DNA of 64,000 nucleotides from Nanobdellota archaeon (GCA_049324275.1 JBMOLG010000001.1:47606-111605), one strand, 5' to 3'. Positions 36,694 to 47,746 are shown, counted from the stretch's first letter. The notes: generated by a model from the sequence alone, not told the origin. A program made the numbers and translations.

Positions 36694-39072
36694 TTAATTT
36701 ACAAGATTATGTGCAGAAATTAAATCTTTTTCAAATTTTTTTAGTTCAATAGGAATTTTTATTCCTGAAATCTCATTTCTTAAGCTTATTCCCTTTTCTT
36801 TTTTAATTTTCCAAATCAGGCTATTAAATTCAACTAAACTTTCGATTAATTTAAGATTAGATTTTCCTTTTTTTGATTTAGGAAATTCAATTGAGAATAA
36901 ATCAATCTTTATCTCATTTGCAATCGTGCCTGACAACATAGGAAGAATAGGATAAATCAGAGTTAATAATCTTTCAAGCAAATAATAAAGAGTATATTTG
37001 GCAGAATCACTTTCTTGTTTAGTAAATTTATTTTCCTGATTGTATGCTCTTGATTTAATAACTTCAATATAATGTGAGGCAAATAAGTCCCAGACAAATT
37101 TTCTTAATTCAATAGCAGGATGATAAAAATCGTATTTCTCGTAAGACTCTTCGGTCCTTGAAGTCAAATCTTCAATGTAATCTATGAATAGTTGATCTAA
37201 ATCTGCAATCTGTTTGACAATGGGCTTTTCAAATAAAAAAACAAATTTTGAAATGTTTAAAATTTTATTAATTGTTTTTAATTCTGCTTTGATTCTTTCT
37301 TCAGAACATTTTAAGTCCTGCTTGGATAAATCTCCTTCTATTGCAGACCAGAACCTTATAGCTTCTCCGCCATAATCTTTCAATAATTTTTGCGGGCTGA
37401 TGACATTGCCTTTTGATTTAGACATTTTTAATCCGTTTTCATCAACAATATGCTGATTAATCCAAACGTCATTAAAGCAAGATCTGCTTGTTTCCAAATA
37501 TCCCCTTAATAATGTGTAATAAAGCCAGGTTCTTATTATTTCCTTGCCCTGTGGCCTCAATGAAACAGGATAGGATTTATCAAAAAAATCTTTTTCCTGC
37601 CTATATTTGATCATGTATAATTCAGAAATAGATGAATCCATCCAAGTATCAAATACCCTTGTCTCGCCAATCCATTCTTTGTTAAAATCTTTTGCAAAGC
37701 CTAACTTTTTTCCGTTTTTGTAAACTTCAAAATCTTTTTCAGGGTTAACTTTCCAAGGCTCATGATATTTTCCTTCTTTTCCCAATGCAACCATATTTTC
37801 ATCATCTTTTGCATGCCATATAGGAATAGGGGTGGCATAGAATCTTCGTCGTGATATTGGCCATTCTATGGAAACAGATTCAATCCAATCAATTAATATT
37901 TTTTTAGATTCTTCTGGGTAAAAATTGATTTCATCAGAAATTTTTTTCATTTCTTTTTTGAATTCAATCTGCTTCAAATAAAATTCAGGCATTTCAATAA
38001 ATTCTATCTCTGCTCCAGATCTTTCTGAAACAGGCGTCCTATGCAAGATATTTTCCTGCTTGATTAAAAGATTTTTCTCCTTTAATTCGCAGATAATTTT
38101 CAGCCTTGCATCTTTTATTTTCAAGCCTTTCAAGAATCCTGCATTTTCATTCATAGTTCCATTTTTGTTTATTGCTATAACTGGCTTCAAATTTTGCTCT
38201 CTGAAAAATTGAATATCTGATAAGTCGCCTGCAGAACACATCATAACCAGGCCTGTTCCCTTGTCAATTTGCGCAATAGGGTGGGACTTGATTTTAATTT
38301 CTTTTCCAAACAAAGGAGAAATGACAGTTTTATTTTCTAAATGCTTATATCTTTTGTCTTCAGGATTAAAAATTACCATTCCACATGTGCAAATCAGTTC
38401 AGGACGTGTTGTTGCAATGATAATCTCTTCTTTTGTTTCCTTAACTTTCCATTTAACAAAATTAAATGTCGAAGGAATATCTTTATATTCAATTTCAGAA
38501 TCAGCAATTGTTGTCTGCAATTTTGTATCCCAGTTGTTGATGCGTATATCTTCAAAAACCAATCCTTTCTTAAATAAATCGATAAATGTAGCTTGCGTTA
38601 ATTTTCTGAATTCAGGAGAATCTGTTTTGTATACTGCACCGATATGATCTCCTTCTTTGTACGATGTAAATGAGATTCCCAATTTTGAAAAAGTATCCTG
38701 AGTTTCGGTACCTGCTTCATCCAATAGTTTTTTGCAGAGTTCAATAAATTTATCCCTTCCTAATTCCAATGCAGAGATGTTAAATTTTTTTTCAGCAGAA
38801 ATTTCAATAGGTAGCCCGTTATTGTCTAATCCTAATGGAAAAATTACCTGATTGCCTTTCATTCTTTTGTATCGCGCAAAAAAATCCATGTAGCAATAAG
38901 TAATTGCCTGGCCGATATGAATTGGAGCATTTACATAAGGCGGAGGGGTATCAATTGAGTAAGTTTTCTTTTTGCTTTTTGCATTGAAATTAAATCTTTC
39001 AGATTTTTTCCATTCTTCAGCAATTGGCTTTTCAATTTCAGCAGACCAATTTTTTATGTCTTTTAATTGCAT
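36694..39072 (-). CDS. valS: Valyl-tRNA synthetase (archaeal type)
   Basis: SIDTPPPY, HIGQ, ATTRPEL, GTGLVM, W.ISRRR, DTWMDSS, RPQGKEIIRTW, KMSKS. Confidence 0.96.
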   Translation of the reverse strand: MQLKDIKNWSAEIEKPIAEEWKKSERFNFNAKSKKKTYSIDTPPPYVNAPIHIGQAITYCYMDFFARYKRMKGNQVIFPLGLDNNGLPIEISAEKKFNISALELGRDKFIELCKKLLDEAGTETQDTFSKLGISFTSYKEGDHIGAVYKTDSPEFRKLTQATFIDLFKKGLVFEDIRINNWDTKLQTTIADSEIEYKDIPSTFNFVKWKVKETKEEIIIATTRPELICTCGMVIFNPEDKRYKHLENKTVISPLFGKEIKIKSHPIAQIDKGTGLVMMCSAGDLSDIQFFREQNLKPVIAINKNGTMNENAGFLKGLKIKDARLKIICELKEKNLLIKQENILHRTPVSERSGAEIEFIEMPEFYLKQIEFKKEMKKISDEINFYPEESKKILIDWIESVSIEWPISRRRFYATPIPIWHAKDDENMVALGKEGKYHEPWKVNPEKDFEVYKNGKKLGFAKDFNKEWIGETRVFDTWMDSSISELYMIKYRQEKDFFDKSYPVSLRPQGKEIIRTWLYYTLLRGYLETSRSCFNDVWINQHIVDENGLKMSKSKGNVISPQKLLKDYGGEAIRFWSAIEGDLSKQDLKCSEERIKAELKTINKILNISKFVFLFEKPIVKQIADLDQLFIDYIEDLTSRTEESYEKYDFYHPAIELRKFVWDLFASHYIEVIKSRAYNQENKFTKQESDSAKYTLYYLLERLLTLIYPILPMLSGTIANEIKIDLFSIEFPKSKKGKSNLKLIESLVEFNSLIWKIKKEKGISLRNEISGIKIPIELKKFEKDLISAHNLVN

Positions 39073-39102
39073 ATCTGTTGGAGAAAAGAGGAATTTAAAA
39101 GA

Positions 39103-39438
39103 TTATCTATAATCAGATAATTCCCGAACATATATATTTTCTTTTGAAGCCTGTGGCAGAAAAAATGTATAAACAAAATTTGAATCTCTGTCTCTTAAGA
39201 CAAGTGCTGAAGGCTCTTTTGTATTTTCAATGATTTTTCTTAATCCATTAAAATCAATTTCCCCAGATTGATCTAATGGAACAGATTTTATTTTAATATC
39301 ATAAGGATATTGCGAATAACATTTTCTAAAGAAATGATTTGTAAAAACGGCGCATTGATAATTATTTGAATGAAGAACAGAAATTTCCAATAGCTGGATT
39401 ATTAATGTTAAGTTATTTTTTGATAATGTTATTTTCAT
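39103..39438 (-). CDS. Hypothetical protein
   Basis: 111-aa ORF. Confidence 0.5.
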   Translation of the reverse strand: MKITLSKNNLTLIIQLLEISVLHSNNYQCAVFTNHFFRKCYSQYPYDIKIKSVPLDQSGEIDFNGLRKIIENTKEPSALVLRDRDSNFVYTFFLPQASKENIYVRELSDYR

Positions 39439-39454
39439 TTTATGAAATTTTTAA

Positions 39455-39718
39455 TTATTTCAAATATTTAACTTCATAAGAATTTCCATCATAGTAAATA
39501 TGAATTTCATTTTGTTCAATTTTCTTGTTATTATTCTCATCATTAATAATTATTTCAAGTGGATTTTTTTGTTCAATTGTTAATTCAAATTTGCCCGGCT
39601 TTATATATTTTTGATTAACATTTATGGAAGATTCAGAAGGGATAATGCTAAAAGTAACAATTACAAGAGCTAAATTTATTCCGGTATATGAAAGTTCTTT
39701 GATAAATTTTCTATTCAT
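39455..39718 (-). CDS. Small secreted/anchored hypothetical protein
   Basis: N-terminal hydrophobic segment. Confidence 0.5.
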   Translation of the reverse strand: MNRKFIKELSYTGINLALVIVTFSIIPSESSINVNQKYIKPGKFELTIEQKNPLEIIINDENNNKKIEQNEIHIYYDGNSYEVKYLK

Positions 39719-39756
39719 CGAAGTTTATTTTGTTTTAATTTATAAGGCTTTCGAAA

Positions 39757-40089
39757 TTATAAGAGAAGAGGATTCATTTTTAAGAAAATCTGCCAAAGTA
39801 AAGCAAAAAGAAATACTAAAACAGGCATTATCCAAGCCATAAAAAATTTTAATTTTTTCTTGTCCACATTAATTCCTAAAAGGACCAGATATTGATAATA
39901 AAAAGTCATGTAAGGATCTTTTCCAAACTGTATTTGGGTTAGTATGCATCCATGATAAATTAATTGCTGCAAATAGAGAAAAACTACTCCGATAAAGATT
40001 AATTTCCAATTAAAAAGGAATGGTGATGAATATGCAGTGATTATTAAAACTAAATGGACCCAAAAGATAAATCCAAAATTATTTTCCAT
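39757..40089 (-). CDS. Small membrane protein
   Basis: Three hydrophobic segments, HGCILTQ motif; abuts the cdc48 stop. Confidence 0.65.
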   Translation of the reverse strand: MENNFGFIFWVHLVLIITAYSSPFLFNWKLIFIGVVFLYLQQLIYHGCILTQIQFGKDPYMTFYYQYLVLLGINVDKKKLKFFMAWIMPVLVFLFALLWQIFLKMNPLLL

Positions 40090-42276
40090 TTATTTTTTAT
40101 CTTTTTTTAAATTCTTATTTTTTTCTGAGGCAGAATTTTTGGCACTTTGTTTGATAGGCTTTTCTATTGACTTAGAAACAGTTTCTAATGCATAATCAAA
40201 ATCTTCTTTTAAAATTTTTAATGACTCTGATTTTTTTATTTTGTAAAATCGCTTGATGGAATTCAGCCCTGCATTTCTACAGACTGCTTCAATATCCGCA
40301 CCAGTCCAGCCTTCTGTCTTTTCAATATATTCATTAATATTGACGGACTTATCAAGAGGCATATTTCGTGTATGCACTGCAAATATTTTTTCTCGCGTTA
40401 TTTTATCTGGAAACGGAAGCTCAAGAATAGAATCAATTCTGCCTGGCCTTAATAATGCCGGATCTATCAAATCTTTTCTGTTAGTTGCAGCAATTATTAT
40501 TACTTTTTCAAGTTCTTCAATGCCATCCAGTTCTGTAAGCAATTGATTTACAACCCTTTCTGTAGAGTCAGTCAAGGAACTGCCACGCGCTTTTGATATG
40601 CTGTCAAATTCATCAAAAAATATTATTGAAGGAGATACCTGCCTTGCTTTTTTGAAAATTTCACGAACATGTTTTTCAGATTCTCCTACCCATTTGCTGA
40701 TTAATTCAGGGCCTTTTACTGAAATAAAATTTGCATTTGCTTCATTTGCGACTGCTTTTGCCAACAGGGTTTTTCCTGTGCCAGGGGGCCCTGTCAATAA
40801 AACTCCCTTAGAAGCTTTGATTCCTGCTGAAACAAATAAGTCCGGCCTTAACAAAGGCAATTCAACCAATTCTCTTAATTTTTCCTTTGCCTCTTCCAAG
40901 CCTCCAACATCATCCCAAGTCACGTGAGGTTTTTGTATGAGGACTTCACGCATTGCCGAAGGCTCCACTGATTTAAGGCCTTCGATAAAATGATTTCTTT
41001 TTACTTTTATTTTATCCAAAATTTGTGTAGGGACTTTTTCCTGAAGATTTTTCAATTCGTTAAAATAAGGCTTAATGGACTTTAATGCCGCTTCCTTGCA
41101 GAGAACTTCGATATCTGCACCCGTAAATCCAATAGTCTTTCTTGCAATTTCTTCAAAATTCACATCTTTATCAAGGGGCATACCCCTTGTATGGATCTGC
41201 AAAATTTCTTTTCTTCCGGATTCATTAGGGGGATTAATTCTCAACTCTCTGTCAAATCTTCCCGGTCTTCTTAAAGCTTCATCAATATCATCGGGTCTAT
41301 TAGTCGCAGCCATCACGACTACTTGTCCTCTTGTTTTCAGCCCATCCATCAAAGTTAAAAGCTGGGCTACAATTCTCCTTTCTGTCTGGTCTGTTCCCTC
41401 CCCTCTTTTAGGAGCTATTGAATCAATTTCATCAATAAAAATTATTGCAGGCGCACTTTTTTCAGCTTTATCAAATACATCTCTTATATGTTTTTCAGAT
41501 TCACCATAATATTTCGACATGATTTCAGGCCCTGCTATTGAAAAAAATGCAGAATCAGTCTCATTTGCGACTGCTTTTGCCAACAGGGTTTTTCCTGTGC
41601 CAGGGGGCCCTGTCAATAAAACTCCCTTAGGGGCGCCAACCCCTAATTTTTGAAAAACTTCGGGATGCTTCATCGGCAATTCAACCATTTCTCTTATTAA
41701 TTCAATCTCTTCTTTCAAGCCCCCAATGTCTTCATACGATACGCCTGTCGCCTTTAATTCCCCGCTGTAAGGGACATCGGAAACAGTGATCTTTGTCGAA
41801 GGCGTGACAATTACATAAGTTTTTGGATTTGTTTTTGAAACTACATAACCCAATCTTGTGCCAAAGACATCAATAACTGTTTTTTGATTTTGGGCCAATG
41901 GCTTGTGCATAAGCTTTGAATGAAAATATTCTGTTGGATCATCGCTGAATCTTACCTCTTCGAGAGGGGAAAGAACAATAGATTTTGCTTCTTCAATTTT
42001 TATTTTGCTGACAACAATTTTGTCTCCAATTGAAGCGCTTATATTTGAACGCACAGTCCCATCAAGGCGAATGATATCATTTTTTTCATCTTTAAGGGAT
42101 CTCATTGCCTTGACAACGCTTGTTCCTTTAGCTTTAATTTCTAAAATATCTCCTGATACTAAACCAAAATAATCCATAACTTTAGATGGAATTCTAGCTA
42201 TTCCCTTATCAATATCTTCCTGAATAGATTCTGCAATTTCAAGCTCTATTTGATTTGGATTTTTTTCAGTTGTCAT
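40090..42276 (-). CDS. cdc48: CDC48/VCP AAA+ ATPase
   Basis: N-domain plus two AAA modules (GPPGTGKT x2, [30 protein letters not shown]). Confidence 0.97.
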   Translation of the reverse strand: MTTEKNPNQIELEIAESIQEDIDKGIARIPSKVMDYFGLVSGDILEIKAKGTSVVKAMRSLKDEKNDIIRLDGTVRSNISASIGDKIVVSKIKIEEAKSIVLSPLEEVRFSDDPTEYFHSKLMHKPLAQNQKTVIDVFGTRLGYVVSKTNPKTYVIVTPSTKITVSDVPYSGELKATGVSYEDIGGLKEEIELIREMVELPMKHPEVFQKLGVGAPKGVLLTGPPGTGKTLLAKAVANETDSAFFSIAGPEIMSKYYGESEKHIRDVFDKAEKSAPAIIFIDEIDSIAPKRGEGTDQTERRIVAQLLTLMDGLKTRGQVVVMAATNRPDDIDEALRRPGRFDRELRINPPNESGRKEILQIHTRGMPLDKDVNFEEIARKTIGFTGADIEVLCKEAALKSIKPYFNELKNLQEKVPTQILDKIKVKRNHFIEGLKSVEPSAMREVLIQKPHVTWDDVGGLEEAKEKLRELVELPLLRPDLFVSAGIKASKGVLLTGPPGTGKTLLAKAVANEANANFISVKGPELISKWVGESEKHVREIFKKARQVSPSIIFFDEFDSISKARGSSLTDSTERVVNQLLTELDGIEELEKVIIIAATNRKDLIDPALLRPGRIDSILELPFPDKITREKIFAVHTRNMPLDKSVNINEYIEKTEGWTGADIEAVCRNAGLNSIKRFYKIKKSESLKILKEDFDYALETVSKSIEKPIKQSAKNSASEKNKNLKKDKK

Positions 42277-42875
42277 CTTATAAGCCTAACTTTTTCATTT
42301 AAAATTAACAATGCTTCACCATCTTTTAATCTATATATTGATTGAGAAATTTCTTTTTCAATTTTACTAATTCTCTTTTCCCTATCCTTTGCATAATGAG
42401 GAGCAATTATCATGCCCGTTAAATTTATCCCTGCATAATTTTTTAACTTAATATTATTATTATCAAATGCGATCCGAATATCCGGACCTGCAATAATCGT
42501 TCCTGCACTTACTCCTACATATGCAACTCCTTTATTTACTAATTCACAAATTTTATCTGAAAATTTAGTTTCATTTAATCTCTTCATTAGATAAAAAGTG
42601 TTACCTCCTTCGATGTAAATAGAATCTATGTTATCTAACACTTTATAATCTGGATTTCTATCTAAATCAAATTCAAATAAATTTTTTTTGCTTATACCTG
42701 AATTGAATATTTCAATTTTATTTTCTTCTACATAGAATTTATCTTTCTCTACGTTTGAAGCTGTAGGAATGTATAATATTTTTATTTCTTCCTTAGGCTT
42801 ATCAATAATCTCAAAAAATTTATCTCTAACTTTTTCATTATCAAAGCCAGTGGAAGTTAATAATAATTTTTTCAT
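42273..42875 (-). CDS. Peptidase S51 (dipeptidase E-like)
   Basis: LLLTS.G, YIPTAS, GGNTFYL, YVGVSAG, PHY. Confidence 0.9.
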   Translation of the reverse strand: MKKLLLTSTGFDNEKVRDKFFEIIDKPKEEIKILYIPTASNVEKDKFYVEENKIEIFNSGISKKNLFEFDLDRNPDYKVLDNIDSIYIEGGNTFYLMKRLNETKFSDKICELVNKGVAYVGVSAGTIIAGPDIRIAFDNNNIKLKNYAGINLTGMIIAPHYAKDREKRISKIEKEISQSIYRLKDGEALLILNEKVRLIR

Positions 42876-43261
42876 TTTTTCTTTTCAAATTTTAATTCAA
42901 GTACTCCATTTTTCATTGTATGGCTGAATTTTTTTGCATCAACAAATGGAGGGAGAATTTTCTTAATCAAAATTCCGTGCTTAAGCTTAGACATTAAATA
43001 TTCCTGAACCCCTCCATCTTCAGACTTTGAAGCTTTTATCATCAGTTCTTTCCCTTTTGTATCAATGCTTATATCTTTTTCATCATAGCCAGGGAGTTCA
43101 AATACAATAAAAATATGTTTTCCTGTTTCAATAAAATCTATTATTCTATCTTCTTCTTCTCCTTTTATTATGGTTTCCCTCTCTCGCCCACCCCTTCGAG
43201 GTCCAAAAAATTCTCTAATCAAATCTTCAAACGGATCTTTCTCTCCAAAAAAGTCTGCCAT
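42872..43261 (-). CDS. Small heat-shock protein Hsp20
   Basis: ELPGYDEKDI...MKNGVLELKF; in an operon with cdc48. Confidence 0.88.
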   Translation of the reverse strand: MADFFGEKDPFEDLIREFFGPRRGGRERETIIKGEEEDRIIDFIETGKHIFIVFELPGYDEKDISIDTKGKELMIKASKSEDGGVQEYLMSKLKHGILIKKILPPFVDAKKFSHTMKNGVLELKFEKKK

Positions 43262-43368
43262 TTTTCACCTTATATTAAAATTATGAAAGATAACTTATAA
43301 ATTTTTTGTTTAATTTTTTAATTTATTGTAACTACAAGTTATTTAAACTTAACAAACTTATAACTGTA

Positions 43369-43656
43369 ATGTATGACATAGACCAAAATTCTGATTGCAG
43401 ATTGATTTTAACAGGAGATAATGGGCCTGAATTAAAGAAAATCCAGACTAATTTTATTAATGATTTAAATTGGTTATTACAAGAACAAAAGGTTGAATCA
43501 TTTAAAGCTTCGTTCAGTTTCCCTTCTATTTTTGGATTTTTTCTTTATGGATGCAAATGGATGGAGATTGAAGCTGTAAAAGAAGGCAGAAAATCGAAAA
43601 TTATCTCACATGCGAAGTATGGGTTTATTCCTTATCTTATAGGCGGACCAACTTAA
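43369..43656 (+). CDS. Hypothetical protein
   Basis: ATG at 43369 after a TATA-like box. Confidence 0.5.
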   Translation: MYDIDQNSDCRLILTGDNGPELKKIQTNFINDLNWLLQEQKVESFKASFSFPSIFGFFLYGCKWMEIEAVKEGRKSKIISHAKYGFIPYLIGGPT

Positions 43657-43759
43657 CAATATATATAGAATGATTATCCTAAGTCAGAATCGCTAGATAT
43701 GTTATTAAAGAATGAATTAAAAGTTTAGGGGATTTTTTTAGAAAAGAATATATGAAAAT

Positions 43760-44056
43760 TTAGCACAACCTTATTCCCCTTAATTTCATCAATGAACTGA
43801 AATCATCAAAGGTTGCGTGATACGGATAAATTAGATATTGAGACTTTCTACTTTTCATGTTTCCTTCAATTTTAAATATAAATCTTCGCCCATTATCTAC
43901 GCATATGGAATAATCCCTAAAATCCCCCCTGCTCTCAAATTCCAGGCTTGAACCAGGCACTATGTGCTGATATAATTCCAACAATTCCTTGGCAGCTTCT
44001 TCTATATTTGCAGGTTTCAATGTAAAATTAAATTTTAATCCTCTATGATGTGTCAT
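43760..44056 (-). CDS. Hypothetical protein
   Basis: 98-aa ORF with TATA upstream. Confidence 0.55.
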   Translation of the reverse strand: MTHHRGLKFNFTLKPANIEEAAKELLELYQHIVPGSSLEFESRGDFRDYSICVDNGRRFIFKIEGNMKSRKSQYLIYPYHATFDDFSSLMKLRGIRLC

Positions 44057-44157
44057 AGATATCCCAAAAAAGAATGATTTTTAAATCTATTGAAATTTAA
44101 GAATGATAAAAATTTATAAATAAAGTTGACTTATTAATATAACTTTAGAGTAGTAAT

Positions 44158-44562
44158 ATGGGAAAAAAATTAGCAATATTAAGTATAGGAGCATTAGCAT
44201 TTCTAGCTTTTAGCATGCATGAGCCAAATTTGGAAAAAAAGCCCTTGAATAAAGGTTATAACACAATAAATTATATGACTAAGCATAATACGCAAAGGAC
44301 TGCGAAATTAGAAGGCACAGTTATGGACATTGAAAAATACCCATATTTAATTCACAGCAAAAACAATAAGCAGAACCTAGAATCTGCAGATGTATTGCAT
44401 ATTGAAGCAAAAGATGGCGAAGATTATATTATAATCTCAAAAAAGCATTTTCAGATAGGGCAAGGAATAAAAATTGATTATTATCCTTTAGATAATTCAA
44501 GAGAGCAATATAAAATTCCGGATTCTGACTTGATTATCATTGCTAATGGGGTTGCCCAATAA
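44158..44562 (+). CDS. Secreted hypothetical protein
   Basis: Signal peptide MGKKLAILSIGALAFLAFS. Confidence 0.6.
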   Translation: MGKKLAILSIGALAFLAFSMHEPNLEKKPLNKGYNTINYMTKHNTQRTAKLEGTVMDIEKYPYLIHSKNNKQNLESADVLHIEAKDGEDYIIISKKHFQIGQGIKIDYYPLDNSREQYKIPDSDLIIIANGVAQ

Positions 44563-44591
44563 AAATATAAATCTTTAATTTATTTAATCTT

Positions 44592-45164
44592 ATGGATTTG
44601 GATTACAAAAAGTTCCGCTGGTTTAAAACTTCTTCTGGAAAAATTGTGATTGGCGGAAAGAATGAAGATCAAAATGAAGCTATTGTCAAAGAGTTTATCG
44701 GAAAGAATAATATTATAATACATACTGAAGAGCCAGGAAGTCCTTTCTGCATAATTATGAATGAAAAAGCAAGCAGAGAGGATATAGAAGAAGCATCAAT
44801 TTTTACAGCCAGCTTTTCCCAACAATGGAAAAAGAAAAAATCAAAGGCTCAAGTCAATATTTTTTCCGGAAAAGATGTTCATAAAGAGAAAAGCATGAAG
44901 ACAGGAACTTTTGGTGTAAATAATTCGAAGAGAAAAAATGTTGAATTAAAATTAAAGATTGCTGTTCAGGATGAAAAGATTAGGGCTATCCCGCTTAATG
45001 CAGAATCTGAAATAAATTTGCCGGAGATCATTTTAAGCCCTGGAATGATTCCCAAAGCAGAAGTTTCAAAGCTTATAAAACAAAACTTAAAAAATTACAA
45101 TTTTTCCTTAGAAGATATTGAACAAGCCATACCTTCTGGAGGGTTTAATATAAGAAAAATTTAA
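44592..45164 (+). CDS. NFACT RNA-binding (DUF814) domain protein
   Basis: KFRWF.TSSG..VIGGK...QNE, H...PGSPF, FSQQWK, TGTF. Confidence 0.88.
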   Translation: MDLDYKKFRWFKTSSGKIVIGGKNEDQNEAIVKEFIGKNNIIIHTEEPGSPFCIIMNEKASREDIEEASIFTASFSQQWKKKKSKAQVNIFSGKDVHKEKSMKTGTFGVNNSKRKNVELKLKIAVQDEKIRAIPLNAESEINLPEIILSPGMIPKAEVSKLIKQNLKNYNFSLEDIEQAIPSGGFNIRKI

Positions 45165-45733
45165 TTTCCTCTTCTTCTATTTGCCCTTAATGAAGGTCTA
45201 ACTTTTGGAGCTTTTATTGAAGAATTCCTTAATCCTCTCGCCCGCTTTCCTGCAGAAGTTATCCCTCTAAAGGACTTGTTTTTTGGCGAATTTGAAACAT
45301 AAGAGAGCTGTTTGTCTGATTTTATTTCAGGAGCATTTCTATCTGCTAATATTACTTCAAAGAAATAATGCATGCCATCCTTTCCAATTTGGTAAGAGTT
45401 TATTACTTCCATGTTAGGGTATTTTCTTGCCACTCTTTGTTCTGCGACTTCTCTATAATTCATTTTAAGAATTTTCTTTATAGTCATTCTCTTGCTTCTT
45501 CTTCCTTTTTCAGGCCTTGGCTTTTTTCTTCCCCCCCTGATTAATCTAACTCTGACAACAATGATTCCCTTTTTTGCTTTATAGCCAAGTTCATGTGCTC
45601 TATGCAATTTTAATGGCTTTTCAACTCTGACAATTACAGGAGATTTCCTCCATTCAACCATCCTTTGTTTTAATGTATCATTATCAGGATTTTTCCATGT
45701 TTCTCTCTGATAGTAATATGAACCTTTTACCAT
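45161..45733 (-). CDS. rpl15e: 50S ribosomal protein L15e
   Basis: RAHELGYKAKKG, AEQRVARKYPNMEVINSY, RGITSAGKRARGL. Confidence 0.96.
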   Translation of the reverse strand: MVKGSYYYQRETWKNPDNDTLKQRMVEWRKSPVIVRVEKPLKLHRAHELGYKAKKGIIVVRVRLIRGGRKKPRPEKGRRSKRMTIKKILKMNYREVAEQRVARKYPNMEVINSYQIGKDGMHYFFEVILADRNAPEIKSDKQLSYVSNSPKNKSFRGITSAGKRARGLRNSSIKAPKVRPSLRANRRRGN

Positions 45734-45791
45734 TTTAACACATAATGAATAGGGTTTTTAAAGCTTTTTGAGAATTTAATATAACAATTAA

Positions 45792-45912
45792 TGAGCCTGC
45801 GCAGATTCGAACTGCGGACCCCTGCCTGTCTGAAATCAATTGATTTCGGACACCCAAAATCTTGATTTTGATGTTATCAGAGCAGTGCTCTACCTGGCTG
45901 AGCTACAGGCTC
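45792..45912 (-). tRNA. tRNA-Ile (GAU) with a 47-nt intron at 37/38 (45828-45874)
   Basis: GAGCCTG/CAGGCTC acceptor, CTGCT-CT-GAT-A|intron|A-GGCAG, CGCAG-TTCGAAT-CTGCG; exon CTGA pairs with intron TCAG giving a BHB-like motif. Confidence 0.93.
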
Positions 45913-45958
45913 ATATTAAGTGAAAAAATAGCACTTATTTAAAGGTTTCTTATTATTT

Positions 45959-47221
45959 TTACATCCAATTAACCCGCAAAAAATGAGTAGAACACGAAAA
46001 GCAGGGATCATATGCCCTGATTAATTTTTCTATCTCAAGAACAAGATTTTCTTTGCTTATTTTTTTGTTTTTCTCTAAAAGATATTCGACAAAATTCTTA
46101 ATGTCCTGTTCGAGCATTGCGAGATTTTGGGCAGTGGGAGTTATAATGTTGCAATAAGAAATTTTTCCAGTATTATCAATTTTATACTCATGAAACAAAG
46201 TTCCGCGCGGGGCTTCAACAGCTGAAATTCCGCTTCCGGACTTTATTTTTATCTTTTGCTCTTTGTTGTCTGAATTTAATTTTTTTAATAATACCAATGC
46301 TCTCTGCCTGAAATAAGAAAGTTCTATAGCCTGAGCAATAATGTTGTGAAATGGATTTTTAGATGGAAATCTATTTTTAAGGAAATGTTTTGAATGCTCA
46401 TCTAAAGATTCGAGATTGTTGTTTATTCTGGAGATTGCACCGACCATAAATGGTTTAGAGTTCTGCAAAACGAATTTTGATGTGGCATATTCTTTAATGT
46501 TCTCCTGCAGATATTTCTTGTAATCATCGACTTCGACTAATTTATCAGCAGAACCAATCTTTCCAGAAATTGTCGCATATTCAGAGTCTTTTAATGACAG
46601 ATAAAAAGATTCCCTTTCAAAACCATGATAATCTAAATTCGAAAATAAATTTATTGTTTCATCAATCAATTCTTTTGACTCTTCTAATTTCTCAATCAAT
46701 TCTTTAAAGTTTAGATCTTGAGGCAGGCTTTTGTTCATGCATAAAAATGGATGAATTTCTCTTCCTCCAAAGATTTCAACAATTTTGTTTCCCAATGAAA
46801 TTAAAGATAATGCATTATCAATTTTTTCCCGGTGTTTTTTTGACATTTCTAAAGCAGAACTAAAGCCAAAATAATCAGGAAGCGAGAAAAAGTATAAATG
46901 AGTTACGTGACTTCGTATTCTTTCCCCGATCATTAATAATTCACGGATAATTTTCTGCTGTTCTGCTGGCTTAATTCCCAAAGCATTTTCGAGCGCCTGA
47001 ATGCATGCGATTGTATGGGCAGAAGAGCAAATCCCGCAAATTCTTGAAACAATTTCCTGAATGTCTTCCACATTTCTGCCTAAAACTAATGCTTCAAAAA
47101 ATCTTGCGCCTTCTGCGGCTTTCAATTCACAGGTTTTTATTTTATTGCCTTCAATTTTCAGGCTTAAATGCGCATGCCCTTCTATTTTGCAGATGTGATT
47201 TAAGTTTATTTCTTTGACCAT
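45959..47221 (-). CDS. hydA: [NiFe]-hydrogenase large subunit (group 3b/sulfhydrogenase alpha-like)
   Basis: KIEGH, RFFE, SRICGICSSAH, EAPRGTLFH, ITPTAQN, RAYDPCFSCSTH plus cleavable tail. Confidence 0.93.
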   Translation of the reverse strand: MVKEINLNHICKIEGHAHLSLKIEGNKIKTCELKAAEGARFFEALVLGRNVEDIQEIVSRICGICSSAHTIACIQALENALGIKPAEQQKIIRELLMIGERIRSHVTHLYFFSLPDYFGFSSALEMSKKHREKIDNALSLISLGNKIVEIFGGREIHPFLCMNKSLPQDLNFKELIEKLEESKELIDETINLFSNLDYHGFERESFYLSLKDSEYATISGKIGSADKLVEVDDYKKYLQENIKEYATSKFVLQNSKPFMVGAISRINNNLESLDEHSKHFLKNRFPSKNPFHNIIAQAIELSYFRQRALVLLKKLNSDNKEQKIKIKSGSGISAVEAPRGTLFHEYKIDNTGKISYCNIITPTAQNLAMLEQDIKNFVEYLLEKNKKISKENLVLEIEKLIRAYDPCFSCSTHFLRVNWM

Positions 47222-47264
47222 TCTCTTTTAAATCTAAAATAAAAAAGAGTTTTTATATTCATCG

Positions 47265-47633
47265 TCACAAATATTCCTTCCAGTTATTTTTATGATCTTT
47301 ATACAAGACTAATCTTTCTCTTCTTTCTATTTTGCGGTGATTATAGACTTCAATGAAAACATCTGTAACATCTACAAGATATTCAGCTGAAGCTTTATTA
47401 GTTGAAGGCGATTCAAGAATAAACAGGTAATTCATGTCCTGCGAATGGCTATTAGGAATCTTAAGATTCCTTTGCTTTTTTATTTCTTTTAAAGATTCTA
47501 TTGAATAAATGTCAATAAAAAGTCCGGATCCGAATATTTCTTTCCTGATTAATTCAAGGGTTTTTTGAATTTGGAATGGCTCCAGATGAAGATGAACAAA
47601 TGCGTAAGCTTCCCCCAACCCCTTCTGATTCAT
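47265..47633 (-). CDS. Hypothetical protein, paralog of 47747-48085
   Basis: Shared G.A.AF, HS...NY, N...A..L. Confidence 0.6.
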   Translation of the reverse strand: MNQKGLGEAYAFVHLHLEPFQIQKTLELIRKEIFGSGLFIDIYSIESLKEIKKQRNLKIPNSHSQDMNYLFILESPSTNKASAEYLVDVTDVFIEVYNHRKIERRERLVLYKDHKNNWKEYL

Positions 47634-47746
47634 GTGCAGAATTATATTCTTCTGTATAAAAGTTTATTTGAAAGAAAAATCAAAGGCAAATATATTTTTT
47701 AAGTTCCGAAATATCAAATTAATACGCTAAATTAGAACATCAAAGA

